The notes under the pieces were generated by a model. That model worked only from the letters and a program-made list of their open reading frames with translations, ran no database searches and was not told where the DNA came from. The translations under genes were made by a program, and so were the position numbers. Below are positions 1 to 13,017 of a stretch of 64,000 nucleotides of DNA, piece after piece. Source of the DNA: Octopus vulgaris (Eukaryota); the NCBI GenBank assembly GCA_951406725.2, contig OX597818.1, forward strand, positions 136,028,001 to 136,092,000, read 5' to 3'. The first letter of the stretch is position 1, and each line of letters begins with the position of its first letter.

Positions 1-640
1 ATGCATGCATAGATATATGATTTTATTATATCTTGATGGTGATTCTCAAATCCGTATGACTCGATAGCAGAAAAAAATTCTTTATATCGTGTTTTATCTA
101 TATTTACGATCCTGTTTTAGATAATGACCACGCAATCGCGAGAAGTACCCTGCCATCTGACTGACCCTTGTGTCCGCAACCCAGAGGAACTTAGGAAAAA
201 AAGTAAAAAGAAACGGAGCACCTGGAGAAAAGAGGACTGCATTTCTCTAGCCTGCCGTAGATGAAAACAAGCTTATTGCTTTATTTAAAGGACACCTTTA
301 TGCACCCTGTCACAACACCACCATTCAACAGTGCAGTTCATTGGAACAGCCGAGCTGGACCATTCGCAGTTTAACCTCCATAAATTATCCAGAGGCCGTT
401 TCGCTAACTACCACTTGTGGACGCGCCCTTATCCTATTGTAGCAGCAAATGCAACATTACACACACACACACAGAGTTCCAGCTTATGTCTTTTACATTA
501 AATCCATTCATATTTATTGATGTACAAATTAATTCACAATTCACACACATTGCACTTGCCGGGCGTTTTAACATTTTAACATCTGACTTACCTATCTGTC
601 TATTTGTCTATATAACGCCCCACCCTTTTGTTTTTTTATC

Positions 641-1165
<525 letters not shown>

Positions 1166-1605
1166 ACCTACTTGTCTGCCTCACTTCGTCTCCGTATCCA
1201 TAAAACAAGGACAGACGTTTTATGTATTCACTGGATTTGCTAGAAATAGCAGCCAAATTGCCCTGGAGTGACATCTTAAAAGAAACATTGATTAATGTAG
1301 TTTTAGATGTGTTTAAGGGTTATGATCACGGATAAACTGTCGCAGGTCCGCTGACCCAGGGCTGACTTTGGGTTAAACAACACGCGTGAATGTTTTTACG
1401 CGTGCAGTTAGCCGGGCAGTTAGTGTCGTGTGAATAGTGAAAGTGGAATAAATTAATTCGAGATATATTAAATGTAAATTTTAAGATTGCAAACACGCTT
1501 GGAAACCGGCTTTGGATTTTCTGCCGTAAATCTCATTGTCCCACGTTCCTGAGTTCAATTTCTGCTACCATTTAGTCCCCGGTGATAATAACATTGATAC
1601 CAATT

Positions 1606-2000
1606 TCTCTCTATATAAAGCTGAAGTTGTTTGTCTGTGTGTGGCAGGTTTGGTAGCCTTCAACTAACACTATCTCCTCCGAGACCCTGCGGCGCAAGTT
1701 GACCAAAATTGAGAGTATGATAGAAGAAGGCTTGCTCTTCTTTCCGTAGAAGAGAAAATTCAAATCGGACCATGTTAACACCAAAAATTATTTACATCAA
1801 AAAGGTGCTTTTTTTCTATGAAAATCCCTATTTTTTTACGATTTTTTGACTGCTGTGTCGCCATTTTTCGGTGTATTTCAACCAGGAAAATGTTCACTTA
1901 AAGAGGATAACAAGCTACATAATGCAAAATTTTTACTTTTCAAAAATTCCAATTCTAAAGGGTTGAAACAAACCCGAGCAACGCCGGGTGATACTGCTAT
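1606..2000 (+). mobile_element. Non-autonomous Helitron-like element (divergent interior)
   Basis: 5' tctctatataaag..gttgt like the other Helitron copies; 3' hairpin cccgagcaacgccggg followed by atactgctat (CTAG variant), nearly identical to the 3' end at 26085-26112. Confidence 0.7.
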
Positions 2001-2796
2001 TGATAATATATATTTATTGTTGAAAGAAATACAAGCGAAGTTTTGGAACAGCTGTCCTCTCGAAGTCCCATACTTCAGGGGAAATGAAAAGAGTTTTTCC
2101 TTTCTTACTTGCTTGAAATATATATTCTCTAACAACTTTCTAATAATTTTATAGTTAACATTATCATGGGAGAGTGCCGAAAGTAAGAGCTAAGGTCCTA
2201 TAAAGGACGGTGATACGGCTTCGATTCTCACTTGATGCCAAGATTACTCAACTTCTGTCACCTTAATCTCACTGAAATCACATTCTACCGTCTTAAAAAA
2301 GAAACCGGATATATAACGCTGCCTGGAGTACGAATTGTCTGACTAAAGATCCTAAATAAAGACAGGATGGTCATTATTGGAATACCTTCGATATATAAAG
2401 CGATCCGATCTAAGTTGATCTGGAGTCCAGAGAAGAACAACTTCAGCTGCCAAATTATCTTGGGAAATGAATGAATACCACCTCATTCGATCATTCTATT
2501 TCTCTTCCATCCGAAATAATCATTGTCAAGTAGTGACTTCTGCTCCATGCTGTTAAGTGTAACAGTAAAAATAGTCTGCTTCGTGGTCGCTTAACTTGTT
2601 AAATATAGCAGTCAAATTTCTCTCAACTCACACACTATCGTTTTAAGACAATATGTAATGTCTGGTAAACAAAAGGACGGTGCGGTCATTTAGTAAGTCT
2701 TCTCGTTCAAGATTGACCTGGGGTTAAACAATTACAACCGCAATCTTTTATCTTTAATCTGTCGTAGCCATTAAACTCCGGTCAGGCCGGGGCGCG

Positions 2797-3554
2797 AAAT
2801 TTTTTTCCCACGAGAGTTCCGAACCCCAGTAAGGAACTCATTTGTATACAGCCAATCAGAGCTCACTTTGGCCTTGTTGTCAAGTTAACAAACACACTCT
2901 ACCAAGTAAACTGAAGACGAAGAATGGTGTTGTAAGTCGACCGATCGCCAAGTTATGGCATGATTTTAGGAAACAAGTAATTAGATAGATTTGCATCCAT
3001 ACCTATTATCGAATTTTGTTAGGGCCCCATATGGTAAAGATGTGGACGGGAAAAATGTAGGTAGAGGGTGATGTGATAGTAACCTATTTCTTTATTACCC
3101 ACAAGGGGCTAAACACAGAGGGGACAAACAAGGACAGACATAGGTATTAAGTCGATTACATCGACCCCAGTGCGTAACTGGTACTTAATTTATCGACCCC
3201 GAAAGGATGAAAGGCAAAGTCGACCTCGGCGGAATTTGAACTCACAACGTAACGCAGACGAAATACCGCTAAGCATTTCGCCCGGCGTGCTAACGTTTCT
3301 GCCAGCTCGCCGCCTTCTCCCTTTACTGTTTCAGAAAGTAAACAACAACACAAATAACTACTTAGAGGCGGCCATGGTTGAAATAAGAACAAGAACACAA
3401 GCATTCTCAAAAGAGAAAAGAAGCATGGTCATTCCTTACCCATTGCCCATCACTTGTAATGCGCTCATAGATTAGTTTGATAGTCGAGCTCTGATTGGCT
3501 GTATGCAAATGAGTTCATATCTGGGGTCCGGAACTCTCGTGGGAAAAAAAATTT
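2797..3554. mobile_element. MITE-like element with ~68-bp inverted repeats, interrupted by a SINE-A
   Basis: 2797-2864 (tttttcccacgagagttccgaacccca..cagccaatcagagctc) is the reverse complement of 3486-3554. Confidence 0.7.
3083..3314 (-). mobile_element. tRNA-related SINE family A
   Basis: Head ggcggcgagctggcagaaacgttagc (A-box-like), B-box gagttcaaattcc, core gcctttcatcctttcggggtcgataaa, tail ..aagaaata; more than 10 copies in the window. Confidence 0.93.
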
Positions 3555-4421
3555 AACCTCTGGGATAGTGCCTTGTGAATGAATTGACTCCAGCACTTAT
3601 ATTTTAAAACCTGATATATATTGTATTAGTCTCTTTTGCCGAAGCTTTAAGTTACGGGGATGTAAACACACCAACACTTGTCAAATGGCGCGATCCCAGG
3701 AATTTTTCGAAGGAAGGGCACAAGCTCAAAAGAAAATACAATTTCATGAGAAAAGGGCATAATAACATAATTTAGAAGGACGTACTTCTTTTCTTGAGGG
3801 TGACACGTACTCTTCAGTCCCTCGTCCCTAGGGTCCGCCCCTGCACATACACACACGACTGGTTTTCAGTTTCTGTCTACAAAATTCACTTACAAAATTT
3901 AAGTCGACCTGATTACTTACAAGGTACCTCGCAGTGGGACTGAACCCGGATTCATGCGTATGTAGTTGGGAAGCAAACTTCTTACCATACAACCATGCTT
4001 GGGCCTGTAGCCACAAAAACTAGATATAACGCAGGAAATTTAGTACTGAGATACTCTCGTTGAATCCTGAATAAAAAGTCACAGAAAAAATGTCGAAGAA
4101 AAGCTGTGATTAATAACTGATGTAATATTTCTTGTTTGTTTCAAAGTTTCATTTACAATATTAAATAAACTTTGATATTTTTTCACATCTATGCGATGCT
4201 GTCATACTATAAATTGTGCACACGGCGCATGCATGACCGTCTTTATAAAAAAACTCGCTTTGTAACCACAGGCTTTTAGATACCTTGAGCCAGTGTCTTC
4301 TTCTATAGCCCTGGGTTGACCATTGGTCTAATTCCTTCTGAATGAATTTGGTAGACGGAAACTGTGTGAAAGCCCGTCTCACACACACACACACACACGC
4401 ACGCACGCACACACACACATA

Positions 4422-6612
4422 TCCTCATCATCGTCGTTCAACGTTCGCTTTCCATGCTGGCATGAGTTGGACGGTTTGTCTGAGAGCTGGTGAGCCAGAA
4501 AGCTACACCAGGCTTCAATCTGATCTGGTAAAATTTCTACAGCTGGATGCCCTTCCTAACGCCAACTACTCCGCGAGTGTGGTGGGTGCATTTTACGTGC
4601 CGCGCGCCAGTCAGGCGGTACTGGCAGCGGCCACGCTCAAATGGTGATGTTTACGTGCCACTGGCACAGGAGCCAGTCAGGCGGCACAGGCTACGACCAC
4701 GCTCGAATGCTGTTTCTTACGTGCCACCGGCACAGGAGCCAGTCAGGTGGCACTAGCAACGATCACGCTCGAATGGTGCTTTTATCGTGCCATTGGCACG
4801 GGTACCAATCAGGCGGTATTGTCATCGGCCACGACAACGATTTACTGCCATGTAGCACGGCTGTTTGCACACATGCATCATACAGTCTACCCTTTACTCT
4901 GAGTGAGAGGCCCTTTATCTTTGGCTAGGTATTTTTCCTGCAGCTGTCTTGCCAGAAATATAGCATCAGTGCACAAACTCAAACTGCATCTCGTCTATAC
5001 TGACCCTCCCTAATTAGTTGGGCTATGACACTCTCCATGACTTTCATTACTTGACCCAATAACTTGATACCTCTATAATTATTTGTATTTAATGCATCAC
5101 CTTTACCTATTTCTTTATTACCCACAAGGGGCTAAACATAGAGGGGACAAACAAGGACAGACATAGGTATTAAATCGATTACATCGACGCCAGTGTGTAA
5201 CTGGTACTTATTTAATCGACCTCGAAAGGATGAAAGGCAAAGTCGACCTCGGCGGAATTTGAACTCAGAACGTAGCGGCAGACGAAATACCGCTGAGCAT
5301 TTCGCCTGACGTGCTAACGTTTCTGCCAGCTCGCCGCCTTTACCTGGTGCTGCTACACCAGTCATTGGGTATGACTCCTTCATGTATCATTTGATTCACT
5401 ATACGGGTGACTAGACTATAGCTGACACTGCCAGATATTTTAAGCATCTCTACAATGATTCCTGATGAGCCAGTGGCTTTCCCTGTCTTCATACCCTTAA
5501 TTGCTTTAATCTACAAAAGTACTGTCAATTTGGATAGCTGGTCCCTCTGTTGGGTCGACATTCGGTAGACTCTCTTTCTCCCATTCATTCTCTTCATTTA
5601 GCAAACTTTCATAGTGGCATCTCCAAGTCTCTCTCTTTGCAGCCTCATGAAATGCAAATAAGTTGTCATCCACATGGACACATTTCTCTCCTATGACATC
5701 ATGATTCTCTCTCACACTCTGTCTTGCAACATGAAACACCTCAAGTCTTTGGTCCTCATTGTACAGAATATTGGCAATTTTTTTTATTTGCTTACCATCT
5801 GACAGTCTGATACAATTCCCTGCTAACATTGTTCTTCCAGGCCTCTTTTCCCTAATCGCCCTGTCAACTACATTGTTCCACCACCACATTACCTTGGGTC
5901 GAGAGGGGGCTTTGCACCATCCTCAGATCTGGTCAGTAGCCCTCAACAGGTTGTCTCGTAGAAACTTCCAGTTGTCTTCCACATCGTGTGATGCTATATC
6001 TCCCTCTATTTCATCAAAAGCTTCGAAATATGTCTCTAAATCTCTGTCCATTCACAGGATCCTTAAACTTCCAGACCCTTCTTCTCCATGCTGGTCATCT
6101 TCTGGGCATCCATTTATCCCTGATCCTGAAGTCACTAACTACTAATCTATGTTGTGGAGTACATTCTTCAGCTGGGAAGGTTTTGGCATTTATAAGTAGC
6201 CATCTTTCCCATTTCCTGGCGAGGATGTAGTCAATTTGACTAGTACGTCTACCAGAACAGGTGACTGACAGGTTTCCTGAAGTTAGTATTCCAAACCATA
6301 AGATCATTTGCATCACAGAACTCCAGCAGCCTGGTTCCCTCCTCATTGCAGGAACTAAAACCATAGCCCCCATGTACACCATGGAAGCCCCCTGCATGTT
6401 GTCCAACATACCCATTGAAGTTGCCAGCCACAAAGAGAAGGTCTCTGTCATTCTTTGACAAGGTAGTGAGCAAGAGGGTGTCATAAAATCAGTCTTTCTG
6501 TTCATCAGGTAGCCCCGGCTGAGGGGCATAGGCTGAGATAATAGTTGCTAACCCTTGTGGCAGCACTAATCTAATCTTAAGTATTCTATCATAGAGTCTG
6601 ACTACCTCGACA
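4422..6612 (-). mobile_element. Decayed RTE-clade LINE (endonuclease and RT fragments plus 3'UTR), internally deleted
   Basis: Minus-strand APE motifs (IISAYAPQ, AGNFNGYVG, QIDYIL, QHRLVVSDF), RT N-part (YRGIKLL), MLHGS segment, 3'UTR ending aacgttgaacgacgatgatg; frameshifts and stops; SINE-A inserted at 5106-5338. Confidence 0.9.
5106..5338 (-). mobile_element. SINE family A inserted in RTE
   Basis: Full match to family A; cctttacct repeated at both ends (TSD overlapping the termini). Confidence 0.93.
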
Positions 6613-6618
6613 TATCCG

Positions 6619-6685
<67 letters not shown>

Positions 6686-6699
6686 GTATATTTATATAT

Positions 6700-7170
6700 A
6701 TTACGTTTATATATTTGTTTTGCAAGATTCTTGATGTGAAATCATGTGTTGAAACAGATGTTGTTGTATTTATGAATGGTCATGTTGCCAGTTTAGCCAA
6801 TAAAAACATACGCACTATATATTTGGTGTTAATTTGCTTCAGCCTTATTTATTTTTTACATTAATCTTAATCTTATTTTGGCCAGAGTACTTTCGTCACA
6901 CTTCTGTGACTTCATTAGTGGTCCTTTGCTTTCTTTTTTCTTATTTGTGTGTCTCTCCTTACGAAGGGTCAGCCATTTTGTATTTTGTATTCCTATTGTA
7001 TGTGTCTTTATTTGCGCATGCGTATACCACTATGTGTGTCTGTGTTTAGTTAGTGTGTGTGTGAGGGGGAAAGGGCCTGTAATATTTGTATCTCCTGTTT
7101 ATACACATTTGTGTAATTTATTTTGTGTTTTGGTTTAATTTGTTCATGTGTTTATACCTACTTATTATTT
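6700..7170 (-). mobile_element. (TA)n-embedded module carrying a hammerhead motif; probable Penelope-like pLTR remnant
   Basis: Bounded by TA tracts; HHR at 6881-6924 followed downstream on the minus strand by AATAAA; no ORF. Confidence 0.55.
6881..6924 (-). ncRNA. Minimal type I hammerhead ribozyme motif (G5A variant, probably inactive)
   Basis: Minus strand: cca-CUAAUGA-A-gucaca(gaag)ugugac-GAAA-guac-UC-ugg. Helix I cca/ugg, perfect 6-bp helix II, palindromic helix III AGUACU. Confidence 0.75.
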
Positions 7171-7242
7171 TTTTTGTAAAAAAAAATTTTATTAAATACA
7201 AAAAAAAATATATATATATATATATCTATATTTGTATATCTG

Positions 7243-7273
<31 letters not shown>

Positions 7274-7339
7274 ATTTATGTATATATATATATATATGTA
7301 TGTATATACATATATATAGGTATACAGATATTTATATAC

Positions 7340-7379
<40 letters not shown>

Positions 7380-7466
7380 ATGATGATATATATATATATA
7401 TATATATATGTTAGAAGGTTTGGAGCTGATGTACAGGAATTATATATTAGAAGAAATAAGGTACTC

Positions 7467-7631
7467 AGAAATATGTATAGTTTTATATTTACAGATATTT
7501 ATTAATATGTCACATTTTTTATACATCATATAATAGTGCTTGCATCCACCAGAGAGGTTGCAAGTGCTAATATATGATTTATAAAAACAAGTGACATATT
7601 AATAAAAATCTGTAAATATAAAACCATCCAC

Positions 7632-7635
<4 letters not shown>
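7467..7635. repeat. Imperfect fold-back (~80-bp arms) inside a TA tract
   Basis: ttttatatttacagatatttattaatatgtcac..tagtgcttgcatcc pairs with ggttgcaagtgcta..gtgacatattaataaaaatctgtaaatataaaa. Confidence 0.8.
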
Positions 7636-7721
<86 letters not shown>

Positions 7722-7734
7722 TATATATATATAT

Positions 7735-7770
<36 letters not shown>

Positions 7771-7771
<1 letters not shown>

Positions 7772-7971
7772 CTGTGCAGGTGGCACGTAAAAAGCACCCA
7801 CTACACTCACGGAGTGGTTGGCGTTAGGAAGGGCATCCAGCTGTAGAAACATTGCCAGATAAGACTGGAGCCTGGTGCAGCCTTCTGGCTTCCCAGATCC
7901 CCGGTCGAACCGTCCAACCCATGCTAGCACGGAAAACGGACGTTAAACGATGATGATGATGATGATGATGA
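7771..7971 (+). mobile_element. 5'-truncated RTE 3'UTR with (GAT)n tail
   Basis: Matches the 3' ends at 4422-4600 (-) and 12270-12410 (+): gttggcgttaggaagggcatccagctgtagaaac..cggacgttaaacgatgatg. Confidence 0.88.
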
Positions 7972-8376
7972 TATATATATATATATATAATTAGATAGAT
8001 AGATAGATAATTAACATGTGACTGCTATCATAGCACTCCTGCATTATTTTCTTCTTCTTCTTTTTCTTCCTCTCCTCCTCCTCTGGCAAAAATTCACAAT
8101 GACTTCGAACCCACAAGAGTAAACAAGGGAGACAGAAACAGGCAGAAACAAGGAAAATGCCTCTTGTATTCGAATGCCATGAAAATATTCTTTTAAAATA
8201 CTTTTCATTTAATTTTTCCAAAATTTAATTGTTTTCCATACTTAAAGTTGAAAAAGTCTCAATGACTGAAACCGGTACTGAAATATTTTTTCTAAAGTTA
8301 TTTTAGCATTTTCTACTTTGACTTTTTTTCCATATATATATCAAATCGCTTGTTCCTTTTCAACCTTCTATATTTA

Positions 8377-9312
<936 letters not shown>

Positions 9313-9356
9313 ATATATATATATACACATTAATATATATATATATATATATATAT

Positions 9357-10216
9357 GATTTTGATTTTGATTTTGATTTTTCCAGTTTCAGCTAATGAGC
9401 TGCGGCCATGCTGGGGCACTGCCATTTGGTTTGATACATGATTTTACCTCACGAATGCTTTTTAGCAACTGCCATTTGGTGCATGAGAGAGTTCGATGCA
9501 GCTGCCCTCATCTGCACCTCCTGCCATGAAGTTGGTTCATCCGGGACACCTGACAGGAAGAGATCCAGTCCTACTTTAAAGACATCCGCATCTACACCAT
9601 GCAGGTCCCTCAGGTTCTTCGGGAGGATATTGAAGAGCTGTGGGCCTCTGAAGCCCAGGCTATCACAGTATCTTGTCCTACATCTTGATGGCAAATTTGG
9701 AGTCCTTGGTACTACGCAGTGGCGCCCGGTTCTGGCATTTGTGTGACTCTCGATGCCAAAGTTTGGGACAAGTCTTTCCAGGATCTTCCAGATATATATT
9801 ATGGCATATCTTTCTCGCCTACGCTCCAGGGAATAGAGCTTTAATCTCTTGAGTCTTTCCTAGTAGCTTATATGCTGCACAGAGGCTATCTTCTTCGTGT
9901 AGCTTCGTTGGATCGTCTCAAGTTCTGTGATCAACTTGACACTGGATGGTGACCATAGCTGAGAGCAATAGTCAAAGTGGCTTAGGACAAGTGTCTTCCA
10001 GAGGACCATCATGGTTTCTTGTTCTCTTGTTCTAAAGGTTCTAAGAATCCATCCGGCCAGCCGTCTACATTTCATTGCCAGTTTAGCAACATATACATGA
10101 AAGGTCGCGTCATCACTCATGTGAATACCCAGGTCACGCACTGATTCTGCCTCTGGGATTGCAATCCCTCCGGGTCCAGTGTATTCATTGGGTATTGCAT
10201 TCAGTTTTGCATGCTG
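9357..10216 (-). mobile_element. CR1-group LINE 3' fragment (ORF2 C-terminus, one in-frame stop) with (AAAATC)n tail
   Basis: VRDLGIHMSDD..WILRTF..FDYCSQLWSP..IQRSYTK..SY*ERLKRLKLYSLERRRER..GPQLFNILP..FKVGLDLFL. Confidence 0.9.
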
Positions 10217-10268
10217 ATATATATATATACATACACAAATATATATACATATATATAAACACACACAC

Positions 10269-10294
<26 letters not shown>

Positions 10295-10300
<6 letters not shown>

Positions 10301-10580
10301 TATTAAATTAGAGATAAAACCACTATTAGGCAAATCAAACAATGAAAAACTTAAGCCAATACATAAAATTAATTAATTTATATTATTTTAAATATATATC
10401 AAAAGTATTAAAATAATATAAATTAATTAATTTTATGTATTGGCTTAAGTTTTTCATTGTTTGATTTGCCTAATAGTGGTTTTATCTCTAATTTAATATA
10501 ATATAATATTTTACTATAAAATTGGATTCAATCCTAAATCTGATTTTTCCCTGTAAGTTTGGATTTATTCCCTAATATTT

Positions 10581-10586
<6 letters not shown>
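10295..10586 (-). repeat. AT-rich palindromic element in TA tract, copy 2
   Basis: Essentially perfect ~95-bp arms around the loop aatatatatcaaaagtat; inverted relative to 8411-8699. Confidence 0.87.
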
Positions 10587-10623
<37 letters not shown>

Positions 10624-10658
10624 TAGATAGACAGATATAAATATATATATATATATAG

Positions 10659-10689
<31 letters not shown>

Positions 10690-10730
10690 AATATATATAT
10701 ATATAGATATAAATATATATATGTATATAG

Positions 10731-10761
<31 letters not shown>

Positions 10762-10772
10762 TAGAAATTCAA

Positions 10773-12411
10773 GTCAGGATGCTCTTTGGAGATCCTCTAT
10801 GCTGATGACCTTGCTCTAATTGCTGAGTTACTATCAGAACTAGGAAAAGTTTTAGGTGTGGAAGCAAGGATTAGAATCGAAGGGCCTTTGAGTCAACGTA
10901 GCTAAAAGCAAAGTCTTAATATGTAGGAAGGCAGACGAACCACAAATCCCTTTAGGTAGAAGGCTCTGTTCAATCTGTAGAAAAGGTGTAGGTAGAAACT
11001 CCATAAGATGTGCCCAGTGTAAGCTATAGACGCATAAGAGGTGCAGCACTATCAACGGAAGGCTAACTGGGAAGATAGTTTTTGTATGTGGCAAATGCTC
11101 AGGTGCTATAATCACTGAAAATGTGCAGAGAACAGCTTCCGTCACATTCCAGGGAGAAAAACTACAAGTAGTTGATAGCTTCTGTTACCTAGGGGACCAA
11201 GTCAGTAGCGGGTGTGGATGCTCTGAAAGTATAGCTGCTAGAATAAGAATAGCCTGGACAAAGTTCAGAGAGCTCCTACCTCTGCTGATGACAATGAGCC
11301 TCTCGCTCAGAGTAAAAGGTAGACTGTATGACGCATGTGTACGAACAGCTATGCTACATGGCAGTGAAACATGGGCCGTGACTGCTGAGGACATGCATTA
11401 GCTTGCAAGGGATGAAACCAGTATGCTCCGTTGGATGTGTAATGTCAATGTGTATACACGACAGAGTGTAAACACCTTGAGAGAAAATATGTATTTAAAA
11501 AGTATCAGATGTGGTGTGCAAGAGAGACGATTGCGCTGGTATGATCATATGTTGCGAATGAATGAGGACGGCTATGTGAAAAAGTGTCATACCCTAGCAG
11601 TTGAGGGAATGTGTGGAAGAGGTAGACCCAGGAAAACCTGGGATGAGGTGCTGAAGCACGACCATCGAACATTGGGCCTTACCGAGGCAATGACAAGTGA
11701 TCGAGACCTTTGGAGATATGTGCTTGAGAAGACCTGACAAGCCAAGTGAGACCATAGCCCGTGGCCTATGCCAGTAAGTGTAACCAGCCCACTTATGAAT
11801 ACCCCTCATTCAAAGACCTATTGAGGCAAGTAAAATCAAAATCAATATCGCTGACGTGGCCTGTGACAGTACCGCTTGATTGGCGCTCGTGCCAGTGGAA
11901 CGTTAAAAGCACATCCGAACGTGGGGTGTAACCAGCCCACTTATGAGTCCCCTTCATCATTGGACAATAAAATTTGCTTGCGAAGACCTGTTGATGTAAG
12001 TGAAATCAAAATCAAAATCGCTGACGTGGTCAATGACAGCACCATCTGATTGGCACTCGTGCCTGTGGAACGTTAAAAGCACCAGTCAGTGTGACCGTTG
12101 CCAGCGTCACCCTACCGGCACATGTGCTGGTGGCACGTAAAAAACAACATTCGAGCGTGGTCATTGCCAGTGCCGCCGGACTAACTCCCGTGCTGGTAGC
12201 ACGTAAAAAAACACCTTTTGAGCGTGGTCGTTGTCTGAACCGCCTGAATGGTTCTCGTGCCAGTGGCTCGTAAAAGCATCCACTACACTCACGGAGTAGT
12301 TGGCATTAGGAAGGGCATCCAGCTGTAGAAACTTTGCCAGATCAGTCAGACCGGCCAACCCATGCCCACATGGAAAGCGGACGTTAAATGACAACGATGA
12401 TGATGATAATG

Positions 12412-12412
<1 letters not shown>
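10773..12412 (+). mobile_element. 5'-truncated RTE-clade LINE (RT C-half plus 3'UTR)
   Basis: LYADDLALI, FCYLG, ARIRIAW, KGRLYDACVRTAMLHGSETW, RRLRWY..H, GRGRPRKTW; stops and frameshifts; repeat-rich 3'UTR ending gatgatgataat. Confidence 0.93.
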
Positions 12413-12457
<45 letters not shown>

Positions 12458-13017
12458 ACACACACACGTAAATATATATATATATACAATTTATAAGTAA
12501 GGGCAAAAAAAAAAATGCCAAAATATGCCGAAAATAGACATAACGTCAATAACCATGTAATTTATCACTACAAGCCCGCGTTTCGAAGAAAGCCGACAGA
12601 AATTTCTAAAAAAATCCCGTTATTGTCATATAGGACCCGATTTCAGAGTTAGTTCATAAGAACCTTCCCTTCATCAGTGATAAATGCGGCAAAGAAATAA
12701 GTGAAATACTTACTTATACCCATGGAAGAAGCGAACACTAAGTCATGAGCACAATTAAGTACCCCAAATATATCCACAATAGAAACTCTCTTTACATTGA
12801 TTCCAATACACAACTGGTACTTATTTCATCGACCCTGAAAGGATGAAATTTGAAGTCGAACTCGGCAGAATTTGAACTTAGTACGTGAAGCCAGAAGAAA
12901 TGTCTAAGAATTTTTGTCCGGCATGCTAATAGTTCTGCCAGCTCGCCTTCTTTTTCATTACCTATAACAATCATTGTTTGGTAGCGACTACTGCTCAACA
13001 CTTGTTCTTTGCAACAG

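Noticed and set aside
3170-3475. ORFs [21 protein letters not shown].. and GELAETLARRAK..
   Set aside because: Antisense and sense read-through of SINE-A
6725-6770. Additional hammerhead (ttgatgtg..gaaacagatgtt)
   Set aside because: Core too degenerate and helices do not pair
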